DNA of 64,000 nt from Octopus vulgaris. Its lineage: Eukaryota. The notes beneath the pieces are model-generated. The model saw only the letters and a program-made list of their open reading frames with translations, did not search any database and was not told where the DNA came from. Location: contig OX597838.1 of the NCBI GenBank assembly GCA_951406725.2, positions 5,022,001 through 5,086,000 on the forward strand, in the 5' to 3' direction. Below are positions 25,575 to 40,595 of the stretch, piece after piece (position 1 is the stretch's first letter; every line of letters starts with the position of its first letter). A program made the position numbers and the translations under genes.

Positions 25575-25955
25575 GTGGCACCCCGTCGGTTACGACGACG
25601 AGGGTTCCAGTTGATCCGATCAACGGAACAGCCTGCTCGTGAAATTAACGTGCAAGTGGCTGAGCACTCCACAGGCACGTGTACCCTTAACGTAGTTCTC
25701 GGGGAGATTCAGCGTGACACAGAGTGTTACAAGGCTGGCCCTTTGAAATATAGGTACAACAGAAATAGGAGGAAAGAGTGAGAAAAAGTTGTGGCGGAAA
25801 GAGTACAGCAGGGTTCGCAACACCCCCTGTTGGAGACTTGTGTAGCTTCAGGTGCTTTCGCTCAATAAACACTCACACCGCGCGGTTTGGGAATCGAAAC
25901 CGTGACCCTACGATCGCTAGTCCGCTGCCCTAACCACTAGGCCATTGCGCCTCCA
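25575..25955 (-). mobile_element. SINE family B, tail type 2
   Basis: Same head; tail ...gatcggatcaactggaaccctcgtcgtcgtaaccgacgg; possible GCAGGTA target-site duplication. Confidence 0.92.
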
Positions 25956-26980
25956 CGCAGGTACCTACATACTTACAAATACACACATACACGCACACAT
26001 ATATGTATATATACATACTTACATATATAACAGCTAAATATCTCTAAAATCGCATCAAATCTCTCTGAGGTAGAAGAGAAATGATTGCATTGCATAGCGT
26101 AGTCCTGGGCCAGTTTAAAAAAGGGTGACTGGACATGGCCAGAATTCTTTTACTCTTGTAAAAGTTCCGATCGGAATTGACCGGGGAGTGAGGCACAACG
26201 GAAATACAAACAACAAAATTAATGCAGGGAAGAGAAGAAGGGTTGAAAGAAAAAGAGAATACTTTTAGATATTTGTTTGTAAAACTCTTTAATACTTCAA
26301 GGGAATGTGGTGGAATGGCAATTCGAGCTAATAATGATGTTCGATCAATAATAAGTTTAGCAGCCATTTTCTAAAATTAGACCATATTACGTTTGTGACT
26401 CTAATTACAATATACATAATGTAGAATTAGCTGGAATCTTCTAGAGAAAGACGAGGAAATAGCACAATTTGATTTCAAATTTTGGCACGAGGCCAGCAAT
26501 GTTGTGGGAGGGAGTAAGTCCATTAGATCGGCCCCAGTGTTCATTTTATCGGCGCTGAAAGATATAAACGGCCAAAAAGCAAATCAACTTCAGCGGAATT
26601 TGAAGTTAGGAGGCGGTGTGAAATGTACGAGATACTGCTAAACATCTCTGACGATTCGGCCAGCGAGCCGTCTGAGCAATCGCTATTATTAAGACTTATA
26701 AAGGCAACATGCCGAGAGGAATCGTTTGAGCGACGGAAAATTTGCTTTGTGCTATTCATTACAGCTTTTCTCATTCGTAGTTCAAATGCTGTTTGAGGTC
26801 TGCTTCGTCTCTGAAGTAACACGTGAGGATAGAGACGTGTATACATATGCGTTACATCAACGTATGCGAAGTGATGAAAGTGATGCAGAGACAATACAGG
26901 AATGAAGACATGCATCCCTACACACAAATACGAATTCAACATATACACACATGTACACACGTACACACACACACACACAC

Positions 26981-27303
26981 AGTGGTTAGGGCAGCGGGCT
27001 CGCGATCGTTGGATTGCAGTATCGATTCCCAGACTGGGCGCTGTGAGTGTTTATTGAGCGAAAACATATAAAGCCCTGCTGTACTCTTTCACCACAACGC
27101 TCTCTCACTGTATCTGTTTTGCCCGTATTTCAAAGGGTCAGCCTTGTCACACTCTGTATCACGCTGAATTTCCCAGAGAACTACGTTAAAGGTGCATGTG
27201 TCTGTGTAGTGCTCAACTACTTTCACGTTAATTCCACGAGCAGGCTGTTCCGTTGATCGGATCAACTGGAACCCTCGCTGTCGTAACCGATGGAGTGCCA
27301 ACA
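26981..27303 (+). mobile_element. SINE family B, tail type 2, internally deleted
   Basis: Head and tail match the copy at 25575. Confidence 0.88.
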
Positions 27304-27769
27304 ACGATTGCATTTCTAGCTCTGCCTTGGGGGAAACTTTACTTCTTGGGCTTACGTTTTCGTAAATTTATTGTTCATTGAACTTGTCTGATCTTGGTTG
27401 GAGAGTCAAGAGACAACGCGTGTCTTAAATGCCACCAGAAAGAGAAACGGCCCGGTCCAGTGTGACAAGCATAGAACCTAGAATTGCATGTACGAAACGT
27501 TCGTAGATTTTCAATCAGCGCCATTCTGACTAATTTCATTCACGTGCTTTACGTTGTTTCATGGCAGATGTAAAAAAAAAAAAAATAAAAGTAAAAAAAT
27601 ATTCTCTCATGATCAAGATGACGAAATTCAGGATCGAACGCATGTCATAGAGATTATCATGCAACTACTTTAATCATTAGGCGATGTTGCATACAAATCA
27701 CGTGCATATGAACACTTACATATAGGAGCATTTATGAGCCCGCACGCACACAAACATACACACACATAT

Positions 27770-27995
27770 CCACGCATACATACGTACATACATGCACACA
27801 TAAACACACGCACAAACACACACACACACTCATGCATACACACGTACACACATGCACACATAAACACACGCACAAACACACATACACTCACGCATACACA
27901 CGTACATACATGCACATATAGACACACGCACACACACACACACACTCACGCATACACACGTACATACATGCACACATAAACACAGGCACAAACGC
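27770..27995. repeat. About 60-bp CA-rich minisatellite, roughly 4 copies
   Basis: cgcatacacacgtacatacatgcacacataaacacacgcacaaacac recurs at about 60-bp spacing. Confidence 0.8.
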
Positions 27996-28035
27996 ACACA
28001 CATATATACATGCATTAATATATATATATATACTG

Positions 28036-28087
<52 letters not shown>

Positions 28088-28460
28088 ATCTTAATGTGTA
28101 TGTGTGTGTGTGTGTGTTTGTGTTTCTGTGCGCCTGCGTATAAAAAACCCGCATATACTTATAACCACTGAAGTACCACGTGAGGATATAGATGTGTATA
28201 CATATGCGTTACATCAACGTTTGCGAAGTGATGAAAGAGAGGCAGAGACAATACAGGAATGGAGACATGCATCCCTACACACAAATACGAATTCAATATA
28301 TACACACATGTACACACGCACACACATACATGCACACACACGCACCCACTCACGCACACACACAAACATTTATATTTAAAAATATATAATATATAATTAT
28401 ATAAATCAATATATACATATATAATATATATATTTATATGTATATCTATCTATCTATCTA

Positions 28461-28507
<47 letters not shown>

Positions 28508-28574
28508 GTATGTACACACATATAGAATTATATATAGGTATCAATATATATACATACATATATATATATATATG

Positions 28575-28610
<36 letters not shown>

Positions 28611-28627
28611 TACATACATATATATGA

Positions 28628-28692
<65 letters not shown>

Positions 28693-29925
28693 TATAGAGA
28701 GACACAGAGAATCGCATACTAACTCACACACTCTACATTGGGATAAATGAATCTTTTGTAGGCTCTTCAACGTAGAGAGTCACGTTCAGACAGAAGACAC
28801 ATTTCCAGGGAGATCTTCTGACGTCACATTTTCCATGTTTAACAAATCTTCCTTGACAAAACATTGATGCTTTAATTGAATTTTAGCGTAAACGATGCAC
28901 TGCCTGCTGGCAATTGTGAATTTTCACTATTACATTCTCATGGTGGGATTCAAATCTGTGTCTCGGCTTCGCCATTGCAATCTTTCTCTATTAGCTTTCT
29001 GTTTCTTTACGTCGGTTTCTTTAGCTATTGTCAACAGAATTACAGAGGAATAGTGATTCAACTTAGTTTGGTATTCGGTTCCGCAAATAATCGATAGCAC
29101 TGTACATAATGTTGAGTGGTTGAATACACCGACAGAACCGTGTCTAATAATGGAAAATATCGAAAATGTGTAAGTCTCTAAACAGTCGTTATCAACCTGC
29201 TGGAAATAACAACGAAATTCTTTTTCTCAAATTACAAAACGAATAGTTAAAAATATACACCAAATGGGCACAATATATAATCCAGTTATAAAGACCTGAG
29301 TTGGGGAAAGATTGGATGGCCACGCTTGGACTGAACTTGGTTGCAGTATTTCTACGTGCATAATACTGACATTAATACACCTAGGTTCACTGACAGGGGA
29401 GATGGTCACCACTATAGGTTTTGGGTTCTAATCCCTCCTAAATTAGGAGCAATTAAAGTCGGCGAGGTCTGTAGATGGAATGACACAATGCCTTGTAGTA
29501 TTTGCTACCGTCCTCTCTGTTCAGAGTTTAAGGTCCACTGAAATCTAATTTACCTTTAATCCATTCAAGATTGATGCGACATAAATATGTTTGGGATTCC
29601 TGAAACTTTCTTCAGACGAGCCGTGAAGGTAATTATTTTCTTTGCATGGGTGTTTGGTAAGAAGGTTGCTTCATAACCTCATTGTCCTAGGCTCAGTTCT
29701 ACTAACTGGAACATTGGGCAGCTGTCTGCTACTATAGACTCGGGCCAATCAGAGACTGGTGGATGGATTTGGTAGACGGAAAATGAAAGAACCCCATCGT
29801 ATACGAAACGGTAAAGCGTGAAGAACCTCTTTGGTCATGAATAATCATGGGATTGCATCTACAAACTTCCTCTCCGATGCACAAGTCCGGGCAAGGTTGT
29901 TTATAGAAGACCAGCAGTATTATAT

Positions 29926-30008
<83 letters not shown>

Positions 30009-30110
30009 GGAGTAAACACATAAATGTGAAACAAGGTGGAAAAAAGAGTACTCAAATACCAGTGGTAGAGTAATATGAGGTTTTGTTGAATTTTCTGCTG
30101 CTTTAAATTA

Positions 30111-30141
<31 letters not shown>

Positions 30142-30384
30142 TATGTATATGTGTGTATGTGTGTGTGTGTGTGTATATATATATACATATATATGGAGGA
30201 AATCTCTCACCTCAGCCGAGATACGCGTATTCAGCGAGGAGAAAAAAGAGGCGACCAAATAGACAGTCAAGAACACACTTATACATATTCAATCCATATG
30301 AAATATAAAAAAATATGTAAAAAGGAAAAATGGATTATAAAAACAATATCAATAAATCCCGGCGCCTTATTGATAATAATAACA

Positions 30385-30572
30385 ATCCTTTTTATTAAGT
30401 GCCGAGGGGTAAGTCGACCTATGTATATGACTGGTACTTAATTTATCGAAGCCGAAATCATGAAAGGCAAATTTGAACCTCGGCGGAATTTGAATTCAGA
30501 CCGTAAAGATGAGCGAAATAGCGCTAAGCATTTTGTCTGGCGTGCTTAACGATTCTGCCAGCTCGTCGTCCT
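30385..30572 (-). mobile_element. Diverged SINE family A monomer
   Basis: actggtacttaatttatcga...cggcggaatttgaattcaga...ctgccagctcg. Confidence 0.8.
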
Positions 30573-31488
30573 AATAATAACAATAATAATAAGAAGATGA
30601 ATGATTATGATGATGATGATGGTGGTGGTGGTGGTGGTGGTGTTGGTGGTGATAATGATGATGATGATGATTTACAGTCATTAATAATGATGTTGATGTT
30701 TTATGATTAATAAAGATAATATTTTATTACGATTAATATTAATTAAAGAAAAATGCTGTCCAAGAAATGGCCACTACATGACCCGGCAAGCTCTTAGTCG
30801 TTGATTTGGCTGATGGTAATTTGATATAATAAAATGATTGAACGTTTAGAAAAAGGCAATGTGGTGCCTGCAGAGTCAAGGGCTATAGAACGACGTCAGT
30901 TAGAACAATTGATCAGCTCCCTATTAAGAAGATGTTACTGGGCAACGCTAAAATGTTTTAGACGAACCCATTGTGCGTCTTAAATAATTGCAAGAAAAGA
31001 AAAAGGGATCGGTTTCATCGCAGACACCGAGGTGGAACTTAGAAGATAAAAGCGAGGGTTGCTTTGTAATCGAATGGCTACAGGTTCAGTCAAGGTGCGG
31101 GGTACCTTGGCCAAGTGCCTTCCACCATAACCACAGGCCGACCAAAGTCTTGTGAGTGGATTTGATTGACAGAAACTGAAAAAGGCCCGTCGTATAAATG
31201 CAATTATATGCATGAGAATACATACGTAAAACATAGAAATTTGCACATGCATACATACATACATGCATGCGTACATACATACATGCGTACATACATACAT
31301 ACATACATACATACATACATACATACATACATACATACATACATACATACATACATACAAAAATATCCTGTTATTGATGCTGAAATTCCAGTGAAGGAGC
31401 CTTGGATCTTGGTTAGAAACCGTTTCTTTCTCTATTGGAAAGAAATCTTGAAATAAACTGAATAATGAGATACATACATACATACATA

Positions 31489-31519
<31 letters not shown>

Positions 31520-32167
31520 GAATGTAACTGTATGTCTTTCTGTTTGTGTTCACCACCAAGATTTAAAATCCGTGTCACGAACACATCTACGCTACCAACG
31601 ACAACATATTTTCTGTCGCGAGACGGCAAGTTGTCAGGCCAAGAACTGATGCTCTTTCCCGTAAAACGTTGGATTTTTCTATTAAGAAAATCGCAATAAG
31701 TGTCGAATCCAACAAATTTATATTCCAGAGAGAAAGAGAAAATAACATAAAAATGAAGGATTACTGAGAATTTGGATTGGTTTGTAAAGGCAATACTCGT
31801 TGCTGATCACTATGTTTGACACTTGCGAACAAAAACGAAAGATGACAACTTGTTTTTGCTGACCATGGCTATTGGAAAGATTGTAAATCTGTCCTCACAG
31901 CTGCATCAATATATTCTCAGGTGTATTTGATTGAATTTCGGAGAAACTAAAGTGAAAACCTAAGCCAGCAGCAAAAGATTAGCGGTCATTCTAATTGTAG
32001 CAATAATGGTGATGATAAACATCCTGACATCGACGTCATTGGATGACCAGTCCTTCGGACAAGAGATTGGGTACATGTAAATCAAACACTTTGTTGTGGA
32101 TATGGAAATCCAGTGTGAAGAATGTAGAAGATTAGACAGCATGTTTTAGATCAAATCTGTGGTGCAT

Positions 32168-32510
<343 letters not shown>

Positions 32511-33432
32511 ATATATATATATATATCTACCTACTTGCTTCATATCACTTAAATGAACCCGAAAGGACGAAAAGCAAAAGCTGATCTCCACAGAGTTTGA
32601 ACACAGAAAGTAAGAAGTGATGCAATATGCACTCCCAAGGCGCCTAGGATTTGAACCCAGAACGTAATGACGGACAACATGTTGCTAAGTATTTTCCCTG
32701 GCCTGGCAAACGATTTTGCCAGCTCGCCACCTTAAGGCTATAGAAAATAATTATATATTTTTACAGCTCTCAAATGAAAACTCATAGCAGAGAATATTTA
32801 AATCAAGCAAAACAGATCGAGCTATTTCTACACTCTGATGAAAAATTTGAATTTAATAGTTTTTAAGTGATAAAGACATTTTATGTACAATGACCTTTTG
32901 TTTAACCTGTATCACCGTTTAGCAGTGTTTAAATAACTGTTACTAGGCTACAGTAGTGACTGAGCAAGTTTTAGTGAGTTTGTATAATATTTTAAAGTTT
33001 GTTTCTTCGTTTATGTGTTTTCTACGTTTTAAAATTTTGCAGTGATATTATCTGAGTTTTTAGAACAATGTAAATCGCTATGACTGTATAAGGGGTGGGT
33101 TTCCACTGTATGGGAAGTTAGAGGTGTCTTAGGATGTACGAATATCGCATTGTAGTTTAAAGTAAATGTGTATTACTTTATAGGTGTGTGTGTGTATATA
33201 TGTGAGTGTGCGAGTGTACACATATAATGTATATATATACCTAATACACACACACACGCACATATATATATATATATATATAATATATGTACATATACAT
33301 GCGTACATATATTCATGTGTGTATATATATACATATATACATGCATATATACATATATATTTCAATATATGTATATACATTTTACTATATATATTTATAT
33401 ATATATGTACATATAAATACGTACATATATTC

Positions 33433-33492
<60 letters not shown>

Positions 33493-33630
33493 CTGTATAT
33501 ATATATATATTATATATATATATATGTACATATACATACGTTCATATATTCATGCATATATATATACATACATATCTACATATATATATGTAGTTATATT
33601 TATATATATATACGTATATATATATATATA

Positions 33631-33661
<31 letters not shown>

Positions 33662-33728
33662 TCATAGATACATACATATATATATATGTATACGTACATA
33701 CATATATTTATATGTATATATATATATA

Positions 33729-33759
<31 letters not shown>

Positions 33760-33807
33760 TCATAGATACATACATATATATATATATGTATACGTACATA
33801 CATATAT

Positions 33808-33865
<58 letters not shown>

Positions 33866-33999
33866 CTAGGGTGTTGGAAGCACCTACATTGCTAGAAATT
33901 AAATCTAAACCCTCTAATGCCGTAGTCAAAGCACATAATGGTTTAAGCATTTTGCCGGCGTTGTTGCGATCCTGCCATGACACCGCTTTTACCCGCTAA

Positions 34000-34049
<50 letters not shown>

Positions 34050-34063
34050 TTCTTCTTCTTCTT

Positions 34064-34123
<60 letters not shown>

Positions 34124-34125
34124 AT

Positions 34126-34356
34126 ATTCTACGTAAAATACTGTCTATGTAATCTCAAGTTTTAAAACAAACATAATTTTCTTATGGTTTCTTAAACATT
34201 CTCTAGAACAACACTACGTACAAAACCAAATATATGACACCTTAAGCACAACACCAACAAGAACTTCTAACTTGTTGACTCTTGAGATCTCTGGGTGAGA
34301 CTTGGAGCCAACTTCTACAAATGCTAAGCAAAAGTAAAAAAAAAAATAATAATAAT
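34126..34356 (+). mobile_element. R4/Dong-like non-LTR retrotransposon 3' end
   Basis: ATTCTACGTAAAATACTGTCTATGTAA translates ILRKILSM*. The 3' UTR has tcttgagatctctgggtgagacttgga and a (TAA)n tail, within TAA/TTA microsatellite. Confidence 0.6.
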
Positions 34357-35137
34357 GACAATTCTTTCTACAGTTGGCACAAAGAGTGAAATTTTGTAGG
34401 GAGTGTGTTGCTTAATATCTTTGATTTGATCCCAGTAATTCATTGGTACATTGGTTTATCGATCACGAAATGATAAAAGCAGGATTTGATCTGGGAATAT
34501 AAGCAACCAAACGAAATACATAGCGAAAGTTATTTTTGTTCGACGCTTCTAAGAATTTTGCCAGCTTACCGCCTTCATCAATAATAACGGTGTCACCTTT
34601 TGCCGAAAGTTCCGCAATTTCGTGCGAGAGGCTAGGTCGACTACTCCGCAACTAGAACTTATTTTCGACCTCTGGGTCTTATGGACTCAGGACTTCTTCT
34701 GATTGAACTCATCCGGAAGAAATGCGGTTAAGCACTTTGCCCGGCCTGCTAGATATCCCGCTAGATCGCTGCTATATACCACATTAATAAATAATAAGAA
34801 TAACGTTTCTGCTATAGGCACACGTCCTGAAAAATTTGTCGGCGGTCTGGTCAGTTGCTTCGACCCAAGTACCAAACTGGATATACATTGACCCCCCAAC
34901 ACCATAAACGGCTGTGTCGATATCAGCATAATTTGAATGTGGCCTTCCTTTCGTAAAAAGAGAAGAAATTTTGCAAAGCATTTTGCGGAATCGGTAACTG
35001 CTTTGATAGTAATAATAATAATAATAATACTGATAATAATAATAATAATAACAAGAACAGCAACAGCAACAACAACAACAACAACAACAAAAACAACAAC
35101 AACAACAACAGCAGCAGCAACAATAACAACAATAATA

Positions 35138-35168
<31 letters not shown>

Positions 35169-35600
35169 TAATAACAACAACAGCAACAAAAATAATGATA
35201 GTAATAATAACAATAACGAAAATAAATAATTATGATAATAATGATGATAATGATAAAAATAAAGATAGTACTTATCAAACAATAAACATATACATTAAAT
35301 AAATATGTAAAAATATGAATAGTTTTTCCTGTAAAAAATAGACAGCAAGTAAACAAAATGGCTTCCAAGGTTATGTCGACATGATATAATAAATGTAGAA
35401 ATTAGAAAATAAATTACAAATATATATATATTTTTTTAAGAAGTAAACAATAAAATACTAATTATGTACCGCTAATCAATTGGCTTTTTCTCTCTGCTAT
35501 ATATTTGAATTTACTGACATTTACGAGTTATTCACGTTTATTTAGTCATTTCGCTAGAACTAAGAAGAAAAGAAAATGGCTTTCATATATACATATATAC

Positions 35601-35659
<59 letters not shown>

Positions 35660-35870
35660 AGAGAGAGAGAGAGAGAGAGTGAGAAAGAGAAAGAGACAAA
35701 GCAGGCAAAAGAGAGAAGTATATATGTATAAAGATAGTTTTATACACACACACACACACACATATATATATACAGAGAGATAGAGAGGGAGAAAGAGAGA
35801 GATGAATATTTAGTTAGAGATATATCAATAGGCATATAAATATATATATATACCACGATACGTATATGCC

Positions 35871-35914
<44 letters not shown>

Positions 35915-36566
35915 TACATATATACATGCATATATGTAGGTATATGTATGTGTATGTGTATGAGAGTGTGTATGTGTGAGCATGTGTGAGTGTATGCGTG
36001 GGTATAGATGTAGAGGGTGTATAAATAATTGATTAAATATATTAAAAGAAGCCCATAGACTAATAAAATATCACTCGCACACATACACGCGCACACACAC
36101 ACACACCCGCGCATACACGTACACACACACACACCCATGTACGCATACACTTACATACACACTGAGCTACACACACACACACATACTTACACACATACTT
36201 ACACACACTATAAACCATTCTGATGTACGTAATGAAAAAGAGGCATCGATTAAGCAGTTATGTGGAACTTGGAAAACAGTCCAACACCGAAGCAAGAATC
36301 GTTCGCAACAAACACATAAATATCAGCCACAATAATAAATATTGTAGACATTCTAATAGTAATAATAGCTTTCATTGCTTCGGCTACAAATCTCGAGTAT
36401 TTTATATGAGATTGAAAACGAAGGGGTTTTTTTTGGTGTTGCAGATTTCATGAGTTTGTCTAATACGTTATAGGCAAAAATGGATTTTTTTTTCTGGTTT
36501 GTACAAAACCAAGAATTGCAACAATTTCACTAGTAAAGGAAGAGGCCTGGTGGTATCTGACTGTTA

Positions 36567-37521
36567 AAGGCGGCGAGCTGGCAGAAACGTTAGCACGCCG
36601 GGCGAAATGCTTAGCGGTACTTGTTGATATTGTCATTGGTATTGTTGCTATTGTATTCGTTTACTTTTCTGTTTGATAGACAGAAATTGTCATTTAATCC
36701 TCCAACTCAGAGTATATTGGTCATATCTATAACGAAAGACATTCGAGTCGTGACCAAACCAACATTTCTCAAAATGCAAAATATGTTTCCACGTGCGGCG
36801 AGCTGGCAGAAACGTTAGCATGACAGTGAAATTGCTTAGCGGTATTTCGTCTGCCGCTAAGGTCCTGAGTTCAAATTCCGCCGAGGTCGACTTTGCCTTT
36901 CATCTTTTCGGGGCCGATTAAATAAGTACCAGTTACGCACGGGAGTCGATGTAATCGACTTAATCCGTGTGTTTGTCCTTGTTTGTCTCCTCTGTGTTTA
37001 GCCCCTTATAGGCAAAAATGGATTTTTTTTTTCTGGTTGTACAAAACCAAGAATTGCAACAATTTCACTAGTAAAGGAAGAGGCCTGGTGGTATCTGACT
37101 GTTAAAGGCGTCGAGCTGGCAGAAACGTTAGCACGCCGGGCGAAATGCTTAGCGGTATTTCGTCTGCCGCTACGTTCTGAGTTCAAATTCCGCCGAAGTC
37201 GACTTTACCTTTCATCCTTTCGGGGTCGATAAATTAAGTACCAGTTACGCACTGGGGTCGATGTAATCGACTTAATACCTATGTCTGTCCTTGTTTGTCC
37301 CCTCTATGTTTAACCCCTTGTGGGTAATAAAGAAATAGGTATTTCGTCTGCCGCTACGTTCTGAGTTCAAATTCCGCCGAGGTCGACTTTGCCTTTTATC
37401 CTTTCGGGGTCGATTAAATAAGTACCAGTAACGCACTGGAGTCGATGTAATCGACTTAATCCGTTTGTCTGTCCTTGTTTGTCTCCTCTGTGTTTAGCCC
37501 CTTCTGGGTAGTAAAGAAATA
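36567..37521 (+). mobile_element. Complex SINE family A locus: head fragment, monomer and dimer with 16-bp TSD
   Basis: GGTATCTGACTGTTAA at 37090-37105 and 37522-37537; junctions at 37154, 37338 and 37522. Confidence 0.92.
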
Positions 37522-38049
37522 GGTATCTGACTGTTAATCTGTGTGGTCATAGTATATGCTAGAAATAATAGTCAAAACTATTTAATTCAGTTCTTGCAGT
37601 TTTCGACTGGAGATATTGTATGATTGTAGGCCAATGCTGTCTACGATATTGATGAGATCAGCTCTACCTCTGCTCTTGAGCACATTGGGCGGGAGTTGAC
37701 GGTACCAGTTTCTGTTGGTTGCGGTTCTCTGTACATCCGGTCATGTGATATTGACACAACATAACCTGTTCAACTTTGGCTGAATTTGATCTCAAGAACA
37801 TCGAAAACCTGTTAGAAATTGCAGCCAGTTATCTGCCGAGTCACATATTATTATTTGATTTCAAAGTTTGGTAAAGGGCTAGCGATTTCAAGGTAGGATG
37901 TAAATCGATTACATCGACCCCAATATTTAAGTGATGCCTACTTCATCGATTATAAAAGGATAAAATTAAAGTCAACTTCGGTGCCATTTGAACACCGAAA
38001 GTAGAGTCGGAATAAGTGCCGCTAAGCCCTTTTCCCGTCACGATAACAA

Positions 38050-38632
38050 TTCTTTTCTACACTAGGCACAAGGCCCGAAATTTTGGGGGAGGAGGGCAGT
38101 CGATTAGTTCGACCCCAGTACGCAACTGTTACTTAGTGTATCGACCCCGATAGGATGAAAGGCAAAGCCGACCTCGGAGGAATTTGCACTCAGAACGTAA
38201 AGTCAGATGGAATACCTATATCTATTTCTTTACTACCCACAAGGGGCTAAAGACAGAAGGGACAAACAAGGCCAGATAAACGGATTAAGTCGATTATGTC
38301 GACCCCAGTGGGTAACTGGTTCTTATATAATCAACCCCGAAAGGATGAAAGGCAAAGTCGACCTCGGCGGAATTTGAACTCAGAACGTAGCGGCAGACGA
38401 AATACCTATTTCTTTACTATCCACAAGGGGCTAAACACAGAGGAGACAAACAAGGACAGACAAACGGATAAAGTCGATTACATGGACCCCAATGCGTAAC
38501 TGGTAATTATTTAAACGACCCCGAAAGGATGTAAGGCAAAGTCGACCTCGAGCTAATTTGAACTCAAAACGTAAAGACAGATAAAATACTGGTAAGCATT
38601 TCGCCCGGCGTGCTAACGATTCTGCCAGCTCA
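38050..38632 (-). mobile_element. SINE family A trimer; last unit carries the alternative tail
   Basis: Head at about 38630, two standard bodies, terminal ...gggccttgtgcctagtgtagaaa. Confidence 0.9.
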
Positions 38633-39104
38633 TTACACTCACTATTAATTTAACAAAGAAATAAACACGTTGGACAATGTCTTTGAGATAATATAGCAGA
38701 AAGCAAGTCCATGGAAATTGTTATGGATGGAATACATTTCGTCATTGACCTTACGGCATTTCATTCGGGTTTTTATATTCGTTGTTGGGGAAGACTTGTG
38801 GTAGAGTACGTAAGACGTACTTTATTTCATTGTTCTCTTAAAAGATGAAACACAAAGTCGATCTTGATTTTTTATTCTTCTTCTCTCGATCAAATAAAGT
38901 CCTTTTTAATACCTATAGTATATTAAATTGTTTATTGATTGGTGCTGATATAAAATCGATTGGAACTATACAAAAAACACCCCATGTCTTCATAAACCTT
39001 TATCATTAAAATTATCTTCCTGTCATTTCGGAAAAATTTATCCAAGATCTAACAGCAGCCTCTATAACTGTGGAGCTTGACTATGATGAGTAATTCTTCC
39101 AATC

Positions 39105-39285
39105 ACTTGTCTGTGTGTGTATGTATCTGTTTTTTCTTTCTCTCTCCCTTTATTCTAATTAAACGTTCTGTCGAGGAGCATAGGCACGAAACGTGAAAGA
39201 CTTTTCCATTTTTCCCGAGCGTCAAACTAATATACCTCCTTGTTATTCCTAAACCTGTCTTCGTCTTTTGTTTCATGTATGTGTG

Positions 39286-39290
<5 letters not shown>
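39105..39290 (+). mobile_element. Penelope-like terminal fragment with eroded hammerhead motif
   Basis: gtcgaggagcataggcacGAAACGTgaaagac...gagcgtcaaactaata resembles the fragment at 62712; ends at (TA)n. Confidence 0.4.
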
Positions 39291-39352
<62 letters not shown>

Positions 39353-39369
39353 TTAAATATATATACTGC

Positions 39370-39400
<31 letters not shown>

Positions 39401-39406
39401 TATATA

Positions 39407-39477
<71 letters not shown>

Positions 39478-39618
39478 GAATATATATACATACATATCAT
39501 ATATATATATATGCTATATGTATGTATGTTATTATAGTTATCATTTTAATAAATAAATAAGTTAATTTTAATGTCCTATATATGAACAAACTATCGTGCT
39601 TCTCCATTTTCTTATTTG

Positions 39619-39671
<53 letters not shown>

Positions 39672-39783
39672 ATATATATATTCAGGCATCCAGTTACACA
39701 TTAAAATTTGGAAACCAATACAGTTCTTATTCGTATCAGGCTAACCCACTGTGTAATGCCTTCGTTTGTGGCTATGTGCAGCG

Positions 39784-39866
<83 letters not shown>

Positions 39867-40094
39867 TGTGGTGTCTCGCAATCAAGTAAAGCTGAAAAAC
39901 CCGCGCCAATGAATCAACAACTTAGCATTCTGCCTCATCAATCAAGATTTTCCAATCACCCAATGCAAGACTTCCTCACCGACGCCCCTCCACCGCACTT
40001 TCTTTCCTCCCCACTTTCTCATTAACCGCGAACTCCACAACCTTCATTTCAACGTTGTTGTTCTTGTGGTTGTTGTTATTGTTTTTGTTGTTGT

Positions 40095-40595
40095 TGTTCT
40101 TCTTTTTCGTCGGCTGCTTCTTCTTCTTCTTCTTCTTCTTCTTCTTCTTCTTCTTCATCGTCTTCTTCTTCTTCTTCTTCTTCATCATCATCATCATCAT
40201 CATCTTCTTCTTCTTCTTTTTCCTCTTCTTCTTCGTCTCCTTCTTCCACTTCTTATTTTTCCTCTTCTTCTTCTTCATCATCGTCTTCTTTCCCCCGACT
40301 CTCTTCTTCTTCTTCTTTTTCTTCTTCTTCTTCTTCTTCTTCTTCTTCTTCTACTTCATCATCATCATCATCATCATCATTTTCATCATCATCATCATCA
40401 TCATCTTCTTCTTCTTCTACTTCATCATCATCATCATCATCATCTTCTTCTTCTTTTTCGTCTTCTTCTTCTTCTTCTTCTTCTTCTTCTTCTCCTTCTT
40501 CATCACCTTCTTTCCCCCTTCTCTCTTCTTCTTCTTTTTCTTCTTCTTCTTCTTCTTCTTCTTCTTCTTCTTCTTCTACTTCTTCTTCTTTCCCC
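40095..40595. repeat. (TTC)n/(ATC)n compound microsatellite with higher-order duplication
   Basis: ttctttccccc..ctctcttcttc recurs at about 40285 and 40508. Confidence 0.92.

Noticed and set aside
39708-40025. ORF with a poly-Ser run
   Set aside because: Non-ATG start; the run is an (AGT)n microsatellite and there are no convincing exon boundaries.
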